From NCBI GenBank assembly GCA_964016885.1, contig OZ024747.1, forward strand, positions 61,132,001 to 61,196,000: a DNA stretch of 64,000 nucleotides, given 5' to 3'. This stretch comes from Eledone cirrhosa (Eukaryota). Shown in pieces: positions 17,201-35,800 of this stretch (its first letter is position 1; each line of letters starts with the position of its first letter). A model generated the notes under the pieces. That model was not told where the DNA came from. It ran no database searches and was given only the letters and a program-made list of their open reading frames with translations. The translations under genes and the position numbers were made by a program.

Positions 17201-20200
17201 GACACATATATAGAGACATTAATATGAACATATATACATATATAGAGACATTGATATGAACATGTACACATACATAGAAACACTGATATGAACATATACA
17301 CATATATAGAGACACTGATTTGGACATATACACATATATAGAGACACTAATATGAACATATACACATATATAGAGACATTGATATAGACATATACACATA
17401 TATAGAGACATTGATATGAACATATACACATATATAGAGACATTGATGTGGACATATACACATATATAGAGACACTGATATGGACATATACACCCATGCA
17501 AGCGTGGAACAGGGACGTTAAACGATGATGATGATGATGATGACACATATATAGAGACATTAATATGAACATATATACATATATAGAGACATTGATATGA
17601 ACATATACACATACATAGAAACACTGATATGACATATACACATATATAGAGACACTGATATGGACATATACATATATATAGAGACAATAATATGAACATA
17701 TACACATATATAGAGACACTAATATGAACATATACACATATATAGAGACATTGATATGGACATATACACATATATAGAGACATTGATATGAACATATACA
17801 CATATACAGAGACATTGATATGGACATATACACATATATACAGACAGTGATATGAACATATACACATATATAGAGACACTATGGACATATACACATACAT
17901 AGAGACACTGATATGGACATATACACATATATAGAGACATTAATATGAACATATACACATATACAGAGACACTAATATGAACATATACACATATACAGAG
18001 ACACTAATATGAACATATACACATATATACAGACATTGATATGGACATATACACATACATAGAAACACTGATATGACATATACACATATATAGAGACACT
18101 GATATGGACATATACATAAATATAGAGACACTAATATGAACATATACACATATATAGAAACACTGATATGAACATATACACATATATAGAGACATTGATA
18201 TGAACATATACACATATATAGAGACACTAATATGAACATATACACATACATAGAGACATTGATATGAACATATACACATATACAGAGACACTGATATGAA
18301 CATATACACATATATAGAGACACTGATATGGACATATACACCCATGCAAGCGTGGAACAGGGACGTTAAACGATGATGATGATGATGACACATATATAGA
18401 GACATTAATATGAACATATACACATATACAGAGACACTGATATGAACATATACACATATATACAGACATTGATATGGACATATACACATATATAGAGACA
18501 TTGATATGAACATATACACATATATAGAGACACTATGGACATATACACATACATAGAGACACTGATATGGACATATACACATATATAGAGACATTAATAT
18601 GAACATATACACATATACAGAGACACTAATATGAACATATACACATATACAGAGACACTAATATGAACATATACACATATATACAGACATTGATATGGAC
18701 ATATACACATATATAGAGACACTGATATGGACATATACACATATATAGAGACACTAATATGAACATATACACATATACAGAGACACTAATATGAACATAT
18801 ACACATATATACAGACATTGATATGGACATATACACATATATAGAGACACTGATATGGACATATACACCCATGCAAGCGTGGAACAGGGACGTTAAACGA
18901 TGATGATGATGATGATGATGATGACACATATATAGAGACATTGATATGAACATATACACATACATAGAAACACTGATATGACATATACACATATATAGAG
19001 ACACTGATATGGACATATACATAAATATAGAGACACTAATATGAACATATACACATATATAGAAACACTGATATGAACATATACACATATATAGAGACAT
19101 TGATATGAACATATACACATATATAGAGACACTAATATGAACATATACACATATATAGAGACATTGATATGAACATATACACATATACAGAGACACTGAT
19201 ATGAACATATACACATATATACAGACATCGATATGGACATATACACATATATAGAGACACAGATATAGACATTGATATGGACATATACACCCATGCAAGC
19301 GTGGAACAGGGATGTTAAACGATGATGATGATGATGATGATGATGATGACACATATATAGAGACATTAATATGAACATATATACATATATAGAGACATTG
19401 ATATAACATATACACATATATACATATATAGAGACATTGATATAACATATACACATATATAGAGACACTGATATGGACATATACATATATATAGAGACAC
19501 TAATATGAACATATACACACATATAGAGACATTGATATGTACATATACACATATATAGAGACATTGATATGAACATATACACATATATACAGACATTGAT
19601 ATGGACATATACACATATATACAGACATTGATATGAACATATACACATATATAGAGACACTATGGATATATACACATACATAGAGACACTGATATGGACA
19701 TATACACATATATAGAGACATTAATATGAACATATACACATATACAGAGACACTAATATGAACATATACACATATACAGAGACACTAATATGAACATATA
19801 CACATATATACAGACATTGATATGGACATATACACATATATAGAGACACTGATATGGACATATACACCCATGCAAGCGTGGAACAGGGACGTTAAACGAT
19901 GATGATGATGATGATGACGATGACACATATATAGAGACATTGATATGAACATATACACATACATAGAAACACTGATATGACAAATACACATATATAGAGA
20001 CACTGATATGAACATATACACATATATAGAAACACTGATATGAACATATACACATATATAGAAACACTGATATGAACATATACACATATATAGAGACATT
20101 GTTATGAACATATACACATATATAGAGACACTGATATGGACATATACACATATATAGAGACATTGATATGAACATATACACATAAATACAGATATTGATA

Positions 20201-23200
20201 TGGACATATACACATATATAGAGACACTGATATGGACATATACACATATATAGAGACATTGATATGAACATATACACATATACAGAGACACTGATATGAA
20301 CATATACACATATATACAGACATTGATATGAACATATACACATTATAGAGACACTATGGACATATACACATACATAGAGACACTGATATGGACATATACA
20401 CATATATAGAGACATTAATATGAACATATACACATATATAGAGACATTGATATGGACATATACACATATATAGAGACACTGATATGGACATATACACATA
20501 TATAGAGACACTGATATGGACATATACACATATATAGAGACACTAATATGAACATATACACATATATAGAAACACTGATATGAACATATACACATATATA
20601 GAGACATTGATATGGACATATACACATATATAGAGACATTGATATGAACATATACACATATACAGAGACACTGATATGAACATATACACATATATACAGA
20701 CATTGATATGGACATATACACATATATAGAGACACTGATATGGACATATACACCCATGCAAGCGTGGAACAGGGATGTTAAACGATGATGATGATGATGA
20801 TGACACATATATAGAGACATTAATATGAACATATATACATATATAGAGACATTGATATGAACATATGCACATACATAGAAACACTGATATGATATATACA
20901 CATATATAGAGACACTGATATGGACATATACGTATATATAGAGACACTAATATGAACATATACACATATATAGAAACACTGATATGAACATATATACATA
21001 TATAGAGACATTGATATGAACATATACACATATATAGAGACATTGATATGAACATATACACATATAGAGACATTGATATGGACATATACACATATATAGA
21101 GACACTAATATGAACATATACACATATATAGAGACACTAATATGAACATATACACATATATAGAGACATTGATATGGACATATACACATATATAGAGACA
21201 TTGATATGAACATATACACATATATACAGACATTGATGTGGACATATACACATATATAGAGACACTGATATGGACATATACACCCATGCAAGCGTGGAAC
21301 AGGGACGTTAAACGATGATGATGATGATGACACATATATAGAGACATTAATATGAACATATACACATATATAGAGACACTAATATGAACATATACACATA
21401 TATAGAGACATTGATATGGACATATACACATATATAGAGGCATTGATATGAACGTATACACATATACAGAGACACTGATATGAACATATACACATATACA
21501 GAGACATTGATATGAACATATACACATATATACAGACATCGATATGGACATATACACATATATAGAGACACTGATATGGACATATACACCCATGCAAGCG
21601 TGGAACAGGGACGTTAAACGATGATGATGATGATGACACATATATAGAGACACTAATATAAACATATACACATATATAGAGACATTGATATGAACATATA
21701 CACATATACAGAGACACTGATATGAACATATATACAGACATTGATATGGACATATACACATATATAGAGACACTGATATGGACATATAGACCCATGCAAG
21801 CGTGGAACAGGGACGTTAAACGATGATGATGATGATGATGATGATACATATATAGACATTAATATGAACATATATACATATATAGAGACATTGATATGAA
21901 CATATACACATACATAAAAACACTGATATGACATATACACATATATAGAGACACTGATATGGACATATACATATATATAGAGACACTAATATGAACATAT
22001 ACACATATATAGAAACACTGATATGAACATATACACATATATAGAGACATTGATATGAACATATACACATATACAGAGACACTGATATGAACATATACAC
22101 ATATATACAGACATTGATATGGACATATACACATATATAGAGACACTGATATGGACATATACAACCATGCAAGCGTGGAACAGGGACGTTAAACGATGAT
22201 GATGATGATGATGATGATGACACATATATAGAGACACTAATATGAACATATACACATATTTAGAGACACTATGGACATATACACATACATAGAGACACTG
22301 ATATGGACATATACACATATATACAGACATTAATATGAATATATACACATATATAGAGACATTGATATGAACATATACACATATACAGAGACACTGATAT
22401 GAACATATACACAGATATACAGACATTGATATGGACATATACACATATATAGAGACATTGATATGAACATATACACATATTTAGAGACACTATGGACATA
22501 TACACATACATAGAGACACTGATATGGACATATACACATATATACAGACATTAATATGAATATATACACATATATAGAGACATTGATATGAACATATACA
22601 CATATACAGAGACACTGATATGAACATATACACATATATACAGACATTGATATGGACATATACACATATATAGAGACATTGATATGAACATATACACATA
22701 TATAGAGACACTATGGACATATACACATACATAGAGACACTGATATGGACATATACACATATATAGAGACATTAATATGAATATATACATATATACAGAG
22801 ACACTGATATGAACATATACACATATATACAGACATTGATATGGACATATACACATATATAGAGACACTGATATGGACATATACACCCATGCAAGCGTGG
22901 AACAGGGACGTTGAACGATGATGATGATGATGACACATATATAGAGACACTAATATAAACATATACACATATATAGAGACACTGATATGGACATATACAC
23001 ATATATAGAGACATTGATATGAACATATACACATATACAGAGACACTGATATGAACATATACACATATATACAGACATTGATATGGACATATACACATAT
23101 ATAGAGACACTGATATGGACATATACACCCATGCAAGCGTGGAACAGGGACGTTGAACGATGATGATGATGATGATGACACATATATAGACATTAATATG

Positions 23201-25880
23201 AACATATATACATATATAGAGACATTGATATGAACATATACACATACATAGATACACATATATAGAGACACTGATATGGACATATACATATATATAGACA
23301 GTAATATGAACATATACACATATATAGAGACATTGATATGAACATATACACATATATAGAGACACTAATATGAACATATACACATATATAGAGAGATTGA
23401 TTGGGACATATACACATATATAGAGACATTGATATGAACATATTCACATATACAGAGACACTGATATGAACATATACACATATATACAGACATTGATATG
23501 GACATATACACATATATAGAGACATTGATATGAACATATACACATATATAGAGACACTATGGACATATACACATACATAGAGACACTGATATGGACATAT
23601 ACACATATATAGAGACATTAATATGAACATATACACATATATAGAGACACTGATATGAACATATACACATATATACAGACATTGATATGGACATATACAC
23701 ATATATAGAGACATTGATATGAACATATACACATATATAGAGACACTGATATGGACATATACACATATATAGAGACACTGATATGGACATATACATATAT
23801 ATAGAGACACTAATATGAACATATACAGATATATAGAGACACTGATATGAACATATACACATATATACAGACATTGATATGGACATATACACATATATAG
23901 AGACATTGATATGAACATATACACATATATAGAGACACTGATATGGACATATACACATATATAGAGACACTGATATGGACATATACATATATATAGAGAC
24001 ACTAATATGAACATATACACATATATAGAGACACTGATATATACATATACACATATATACAGACATTGATATGGACATATACACATATATAGAGACATTG
24101 ATATGAACATATACACATATATAGAGACACTGATATGGACATATACACATATATAGAGACACTGATATTAACATATACACATATATAGAGACATTGATAT
24201 GGACATATACACATATATAGAGACATGGATATGGACTTATACACATATATAGAGACATTGATATGGACATATACACATATATAGAGACATTGATATGGAC
24301 ATATACACATATATAGAGACATTGATATGGACATAAACACATATATAGAGTCATTGATATGAACATAGACACATATACAGAGACACTTATATGAACATAT
24401 ACACATATATATAGACATTGATATGGACATATACACCCATGCATGCGTGGAACAGGGACGTTAAACGATGATGATGATGATAATGATGACACATATATAG
24501 AGACATTAATATGAACATATATACATATATAGAGACATTGATATGAACATGTACACATACATAGAAACACTGATATGAACATATACACATATATAGAGAC
24601 ACTGATTTGGACATATACACATATATAGAGACACTAATATGAACATATACACATATATAGAGACATTGATATAGACATATACACATATATAGAGACATTG
24701 ATATGAACATATACACATATATAGAGACATTGATGTGGACATATACACATATATAGAGACACTGATATGGACATATACACCCATGCAAGCGTGGAACAGG
24801 GACGTTAAACGATGATGATGATGATGATGACACATATATAGAGACATTAATATGAACATATATACATATATAGAGACATTGATATGAACATATACACATA
24901 CATAGAAACACTGATATGACATATACACATATATAGAGACACTGATATGGACATATACATATATATAGAGACAATAATATGAACATATACACATATATAG
25001 AGACACTAATATGAACATATACACATATATAGAGACATTGATATGGACATATACACATATATAGAGACATTGATATGAACATATACACATATACAGAGAC
25101 ATTGATATGGACATATACACATATATACAGACAGTGATATGAACATATACACATATATAGAGACACTATGGACATATACACATACATAGAGACACTGATA
25201 TGGACATATACACATATATAGAGACATTAATATGAACATATACACATATACAGAGACACTAATATGAACATATACACATATACAGAGACACTAATATGAA
25301 CATATACACATATATACAGACATTGATATGGACATATACACATACATAGAAACACTGATATGACATATACACATATATAGAGACACTGATATGGACATAT
25401 ACATAAATATAGAGACACTAATATGAACATATACACATATATAGAAACACTGATATGAACATATACACATATATAGAGACATTGATATGAACATATACAC
25501 ATATATAGAGACACTAATATGAACATATACACATACATAGAGACATTGATATGAACATATACACATATACAGAGACACTGATATGAACATATACACATAT
25601 ATAGAGACACTGATATGGACATATACACCCATGCAAGCGTGGAACAGGGACGTTAAACGATGATGATGATGATGACACATATATAGAGACATTAATATGA
25701 ACATATACACATATACAGAGACACTGATATGAACATATACACATATATACAGACATTGATATGGACATATACACATATATAGAGACATTGATATGAACAT
25801 ATACACATATATAGAGACACTATGGACATATACACATACATAGAGACACTGATATGGACATATACACATATATAGAGACA
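11290..25880. repeat. About 7.2-7.3-kb tandem higher-order duplication (approximate bounds)
   Basis: Offsets 7216 (11410/18626), 7255 (12245/19500), 7287 (13128/20415, 17100/24387, 18227/25514) and 7281 (14705/21986). Private variants are shared, e.g. ACATTGTTATG and CAACCATGC. Confidence 0.9.
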
Positions 25881-28800
25881 TTAATATGAATATATACATA
25901 TATACAGAGACACTGATATGAACATATACACAGATATACAGACATTGATATGGACATATACACATATATATAGACATTGATATGGAAATATACACCCACG
26001 CTAGCGTGGAACAGGGACGTTAAACGATAATGATGATGACGATGACACATATATAGAGACACTAATATAAACATATACACATATATAGAGACACTGATAT
26101 GGACATATACACATATATAGAGACATTGATATGAACATATACACATATACAGAGACACTGATATGAACATATACACATATATACAGACATTGATATGGAC
26201 ATATACACATATATAAAGACACTGATATGGACATATACACCCATGCAAGCGTGGAACAGGGACGTTGAACGATGATGATGATGATGATGACACATATATA
26301 GACATTAATATGAACATATATACATATATAGAGACATTGATATGAACATATACACATACATAGATACACATATATAGAGACACTGATATGGACATATACA
26401 TATATATAGACAGTAATATGAACATATACACATATATAGAGACATTGATATGAACATATACACATATATAGAGAGATTAATTGGGACATATACACATATA
26501 TAGAGACATTGATATGAACATATACACATATACAGAGACACTGATATGAACATATACACATATATACAGACATTGATATGGACATATACACATATATAGA
26601 GACATTGATATGAACGTATACACATATATAGAGACACTATGGACATATACACATACATAGAGACACTGATATGGACATATACACATATATAGAGACATTA
26701 ATATGAACATATACACATATATAGAGACACTGATATGAACATATACACATATATACAGACATTGATATGGACATATACACATATATAGAGACATTGATAT
26801 GAACATATACACATATATAGAGACACTGATATGGACATATACACATATATAGAGACACTGATATGGACATATACATATATATAGAGACACTAATATGAAC
26901 ATATACACATATATAGAGACACTGATATATACATATACACATATATACAGACATTGATATGGACATATACACATATATAGAGACATTGATATGAACATAT
27001 ACACATATATAGAGACACTGATATGGACATATACACATATATAGAGACACTGATATTAACATATACACATATATAGAGACATTGATATGGACATATACAC
27101 ATATATAGAGACATGGATATGGACTTATACACATATATAGAGACATTGATATGGACATATACACATATATAGAGACATTGATATGGACATAAACACATAT
27201 ATAGAGTCGTTGATATGAACATAGACACATATACAGACACACTTATATGAACATATACACATATATATAGACATTGATATGGACATATACACCCATGCAT
27301 GCGTGGAACAGGGACGTTGAACGATGATGATGATGATAATGATGACACATATATAGAGACATTAATATGAACATATATACATATATAGAGACATTGATAT
27401 GAACATGTACACATACATAGAAACACTGATATGAACATATACACATATATAGAGACACTGATATGGACATATACACATATATAGAGACACTAATATGAAC
27501 ATATACACATATATAGAGACATTGATATGGACATATACACATATATAGAGACATTGATATGAACATATACACATATATAGAGACATTGATGTGGACATAT
27601 ACACATATATAGAGACACTGATATGGACATATACACCCATGCAAGCGTGGAACAGGGACGTTAAACGATGATGATGATGATGATGATGATGACACATATA
27701 TAGAGACATTAATATGAACATATATACATATATAGAGACATTGATATGAACATATACACATACATAGAAACACTGATATGACATATACACATATATAGAG
27801 ACACTGATATGGACATATACATATATATAGAGACACTAATATGAACATATACACATATATAGAGACATTGATATGGACATATACACATATATAGAGACAT
27901 TGATATGAACATATACACATATACAGAGACACTGATATGAACATATACACATATATACAGACATTGATATGGACATATACACATATATACAGACATTGAT
28001 ATGAACATATACACATATATAGAGACACTATGGACATATACACATACATAGAGACACTGATATGGACATATACACATATATAGAGACATTAATATGAACA
28101 TATACACATATACAGAGACACTAATATGAACATATACACATATACAGAGACACTAATATGAACATATACACATATATACAGACATTGATATGGACATATA
28201 CACATATATAGAGACACTGATATGGACATATACACATATATAGAGACACTAATATGAACATATACACATATACAGAGACACTAATATGAACATATACACA
28301 TATATACAGACATTGATATGGACATATACACATATATAGAGACACTGATATGGACATATACACCCATGCAAGCGTGGAACAGGGACGTTAAACGATGATG
28401 ATGATGATGATGACGATGACACATATATAGAGACACTAATATAAACATATACACATATATAGAGACACTGATATGGACATATACATAAATATAGAGACAC
28501 TAATATGAACATATACACATATATAGAAACACTGATATGAACATATACACATATATAGAGACATTGATATGAACATATACACATATATAGAGACACTAAT
28601 ATGAACATATACACATATATAGAGACATTGATATGAACATATACACATATATAGAGACACTAATATGAACATATACACATATATAGAGAGATTGATTGGG
28701 ACATATACACATATATAGACATTGATATGAACATATACACATATACAGAGACACTGATATGAACATATACACATATATACAGACATTGATATGGACATAT

Positions 28801-31800
28801 ACACATATATAGAGACATTGATATGAACATATACACATATATAGAGACACTATGGACATATACACATACATAGAGACACTGATATGGACATATACACATA
28901 TATAGAGACATTAATATGAACATATACACATATATAGAGACACTGATATGAACATATACACATATATACAGACATTGATATGGACATATACACATATATA
29001 GAGACATTGATATGAACATATACACATATATAGAGACACTGATATGGACATATACATATATATAGAGACACTAATATGAACATATACACATATATAGAGA
29101 CACTGATATGAACATATACACATATATACAGACATTGATATGGACATATACACATATATAGAGACATTGATATGAACATATACACATATATAGAGACACT
29201 GATATGGACATATACACATATATAGAGACACTGATATGGACATATACATATATATAGAGACACTAATATGAACATATACACATATATAGAGACACTGATA
29301 TATACATATACACATATATACAGACATTGATATGGACATATACACATATATAGAGACATTGATATGAACATATACACATATACAGAGACACTGATATGAA
29401 CATATACACATATATACAGACATTGATATGGACATATACACATATATAGAGACATTGATATGAACATATACACATATATAGAGACACTATGGACATATAC
29501 ACATACATAGAGACACTGATATGGACATATACACATATATAGAGACATTAATATGAATATATACATATATACAGAGACACTGATATGAACATATACACAT
29601 ATATACAGACATTGATATGGACATATACACATATATAGAGACACTGATATGGACATATACACCCATGCAAGCGTGGAACAGGGACGTTGAACGATGATGA
29701 TGATGATGACACATATATAGAGACACTAATATAAACATATACACATATATAGAGACACTGATATGGACATATACACATATATAGAGACATTGATATGAAC
29801 ATATACACATATACAGAGACACTGATATGAACATATACACATATATACAGACATTGATATGGACATATACACATATATAGAGACACTGATATGGACATAT
29901 ACACCCATGCAAGCGTGGAACAGGGACGTTGAACGATGATGATGATGATGATGACACATATATAGACATTAATATGAACATATATACATATATAGAGACA
30001 TTGATATGAACATATACACATACATAGATACACATATATAGACACTGATATGGACATATACATATATATAGACAGTAATATGAACATATACACATATATA
30101 GAGACATTGATATGAACATATACACATATATAGAGACACTAATATGAACATATACACATATATAGAGAGATTGATTGGGACATATACACATATATAGAGA
30201 CATTGATATGAACATATTCACATATACAGAGACACTGATATGAACATATACACATATATACAGACATTGATATGGACATATACACATATATAGAGACATT
30301 GATATGAACATATACACATATATAGAGACACTATGGACATATACACATACATAGAGACACTGATATGGACATATACACATATATAGAGACATTAATATGA
30401 ACATATACACATATATAGAGACACTGATATGAACATATACACATATATACAGACATTGATATGGACATATACACATATATAGAGACATTGATATGAACAT
30501 ATACACATATATAGAGACACTGATATGGACATATACACATATATAGAGACACTGATATGGACATATACATATATATAGAGACACTAATATGAACATATAC
30601 AGATATATAGAGACACTGATATGAACATATACACATATATACAGACATTGATATGGACATATACACATATATAGAGACATTGATATGAACATATACACAT
30701 ATATAGAGACACTGATATGGACATATACACATATATAGAGACACTGATATGGACATATACATATATATAGAGACACTAATATGAACATATACACATATAT
30801 AGAGACACTGATATATACATATACACATATATACAGACATTGATATGGACATATACACATATATAGAGACATTGATATGAACATATACACATATATAGAG
30901 ACACTGATATGGACATATACACATATATAGAGACACTGATATTAACATATACACATATATAGAGACATTGATATGGACATATACACATATATAGAGACAT
31001 GGATATGGACTTATACACATATATAGAGACATTGATATGGACATATACACATATATAGAGACATTGATATGGACATATACACATATATAGAGACATTGAT
31101 ATGGACATAAACACATATATAGAGTCATTGATATGAACATAGACACATATACAGAGACACTTATATGAACATATACACATATATATAGACATTGATATGG
31201 ACATATACACCCATGCATGCGTGGAACAGGGACGTTAAACGATGATGATGATGATAATGATGACACATATATAGAGACATTAATATGAACATATATACAT
31301 ATATAGAGACATTGATATGAACATGTACACATACATAGAAACACTGATATGAACATATACACATATATAGAGACACTGATTTGGACATATACACATATAT
31401 AGAGACACTAATATGAACATATACACATATATAGAGACATTGATATAGACATATACACATATATAGAGACATTGATATGAACATATACACATATATAGAG
31501 ACATTGATGTGGACATATACACATATATAGAGACACTGATATGGACATATACACCCATGCAAGCGTGGAACAGGGACGTTAAACGATGATGATGATGATG
31601 ATGACACATATATAGAGACATTAATATGAACATATATACATATATAGAGACATTGATATGAACATATACACATACATAGAAACACTGATATGACATATAC
31701 ACATATATAGAGACACTGATATGGACATATACATATATATAGAGACAATAATATGAACATATACACATATATAGAGACACTAATATGAACATATACACAT

Positions 31801-34800
31801 ATATAGAGACATTGATATGGACATATACACATATATAGAGACATTGATATGAACATATACACATATACAGAGACATTGATATGGACATATACACATATAT
31901 ACAGACATTGATATGAACATATACACATATATAGAGACACTATGGACATATACACATACATAGAGACACTGATATGGACATATACACATATATAGAGACA
32001 TTAATATGAACATATACACATATACAGAGACACTAATATGAACATATACACATATACAGAGACACTAACATGAACATATACACATATATACAGACATTGA
32101 TATGGACATATACACATACATAGAAACACTGATATGACATATACACATATATAGAGACACTGATATGGACATATACATAAATATAGAGACACTAATATGA
32201 ACATATACACATATATAGAAACACTGATATGAACATATACACATATATAGAGACATTGATATGAACATATACACATATATAGAGACACTAATATGAACAT
32301 ATACACATACATAGAGACATTGATATGAACATATACACATATACAGAGACACTGATATGAACATATACACATATATAGAGACACTGATATGGACATATAC
32401 ACCCATGCAAGCGTGGAACAGGGACGTTAAACGATGATGATGATGATGACACATATATAGAGACATTAATATGAACATATACACATATACAGAGACACTG
32501 ATATGAACATATACACATATATACAGACATTGATATGGACATATACACATATATAGAGACATTGATATGAACATATACACATATATAGAGACACTATGGA
32601 CATATACACATACATAGAGACACTGATATGGACATATACACATATATAGAGACATTAATATGAATATATACATATATACAGAGACACTGATATGAACATA
32701 TACACAGATATACAGACATTGATATGGACATATACACATATATATAGACATTGATATGGAAATATACACCCACGCTAGCGTGGAACAGGGACGTTAAACG
32801 ATAATGATGATGACGATGACACATATATAGAGACACTAATATAAACATATACACATATATAGAGACACTGATATGGACATATACACATATATAGAGACAT
32901 TGATATGAACATATACACATATACAGAGACACTGATATGAACATATACACATATATACAGACATTGATATGGACATATACACATATATAAAGACACTGAT
33001 ATGGACATATACACCCATGCAAGCGTGGAACAGGGACGTTGAACGATGATGATGATGATGATGACACATATATAGACATTAATATGAACATATATACATA
33101 TATAGAGACATTGATATGAACATATACACATACATAGATACACATATATAGAGACACTGATATGGACATATACATATATATAGACAGTAATATGAACATA
33201 TACACATATATAGAGACATTGATATGAACATATACACATATATAGAGAGATTAATTGGGACATATACACATATATAGAGACATTGATATGAACATATACA
33301 CATATACAGAGACACTGATATGAACATATACACATATATACAGACATTGATATGGACATATACACATATATAGAGACATTGATATGAACGTATACACATA
33401 TATAGAGACACTATGGACATATACACATACATAGAGACACTGATATGGACATATACACATATATAGAGACATTAATATGAACATATACACATATATAGAG
33501 ACACTGATATGAACATATACACATATATACAGACATTGATATGGACATATACACATATATAGAGACATTGATATGAACATATACACATATATAGAGACAC
33601 TGATATGGACATATACACATATATAGAGACACTGATATGGACATATACATATATATAGAGACACTAATATGAACATATACACATATATAGAGACACTGAT
33701 ATATACATATACACATATATACAGACATTGATATGGACATATACACATATATAGAGACATTGATATGAACATATACACATATATAGAGACACTGATATGG
33801 ACATATACACATATATAGAGACACTGATATTAACATATACACATATATAGAGACATTGATATGGACATATACACATATATAGAGACATGGATATGGACTT
33901 ATACACATATATAGAGACATTGATATGGACATATACACATATATAGAGACATTGATATGGACATAAACACATATATAGAGTCGTTGATATGAACATAGAC
34001 ACATATACAGACACACTTATATGAACATATACACATATATATAGACATTGATATGGACATATACACCCATGCATGCGTGGAACAGGGACGTTGAACGATG
34101 ATGATGATGATAATGATGACACATATATAGAGACATTAATATGAACATATATACATATATAGAGACATTGATATGAACATGTACACATACATAGAAACAC
34201 TGATATGAACATATACACATATATAGAGACACTGATATGGACATATACACATATATAGAGACACTAATATGAACATATACACATATATAGAGACATTGAT
34301 ATGGACATATACACATATATAGAGACATTGATATGAACATATACACATATATAGAGACATTGATGTGGACATATACACATATATAGAGACACTGATATGG
34401 ACATATACACCCATGCAAGCGTGGAACAGGGACGTTAAACGATGATGATGATGATGATGATGATGACACATATATAGAGACATTAATATGAACATATATA
34501 CATATATAGAGACATTGATATGAACATATACACATACATAGAAACACTGATATGACATATACACATATATAGAGACACTGATATGGACATATACATATAT
34601 ATAGAGACACTAATATGAACATATACACATATATAGAGACATTGATATGGACATATACACATATATAGAGACATTGATATGAACATATACACATATACAG
34701 AGACACTGATATGAACATATACACATATATACAGACATTGATATGGACATATACACATATATACAGACATTGATATGAACATATACACATATATAGAGAC

Positions 34801-35800
34801 ACTATGGACATATACACATACATAGAGACACTGATATGGACATATACACATATATAGAGACATTAATATGAACATATACACATATACAGAGACACTAATA
34901 TGAACATATACACATATACAGAGACACTAATATGAACATATACACATATATACAGACATTGATATGGACATATACACATATATAGAGACACTGATATGGA
35001 CATATACACATATATAGAGACACTAATATGAACATATACACATATACAGAGACACTAATATGAACATATACACATATATACAGACATTGATATGGACATA
35101 TACACATATATAGAGACACTGATATGGACATATACACCCATGCAAGCGTGGAACAGGGACGTTAAACGATGATGATGATGATGATGATGACGATGACACA
35201 TATATAGAGACACTAATATAAACATATACACATATATAGAGACACTGATATGGACATATACATAAATATAGAGACACTAATATGAACATATACACATATA
35301 TAGAAACACTGATATGAACATATACACATATATAGAGACATTGATATGAACATATACACATATATAGAGACACTAATATGAACATATACACATATATAGA
35401 GACATTGATATGAACATATACACATATATAGAGACACTAATATGAACATATACACATATATAGAGAGATTGATTGGGACATATACACATATATAGACATT
35501 GATATGAACATATACACATATACAGAGACACTGATATGAACATATACACATATATACAGACATTGATATGGACATATACACATATATAGAGACATTGATA
35601 TGAACATATACACATATATAGAGACACTATGGATATATACACATACATAGAGACACTGATATGGACATATACACATATATAGAGACATTAATATGAACAT
35701 ATACACATATATAGAGACACTGATATGAACATATACACATATATACAGACATTGATATGGACATATACACATATATAGAGACATTGATATGAACATATAC
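22660..35800. repeat. About 6.77-kb tandem higher-order duplication overlapping the 7.3-kb one (approximate bounds)
   Basis: Offset 6774 for 23557/30331, 24387/31161, 25820/32594, 28121/34895. The CCACGCTAGC cassette variant occurs at both ~25995 and ~32769. Confidence 0.9.
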
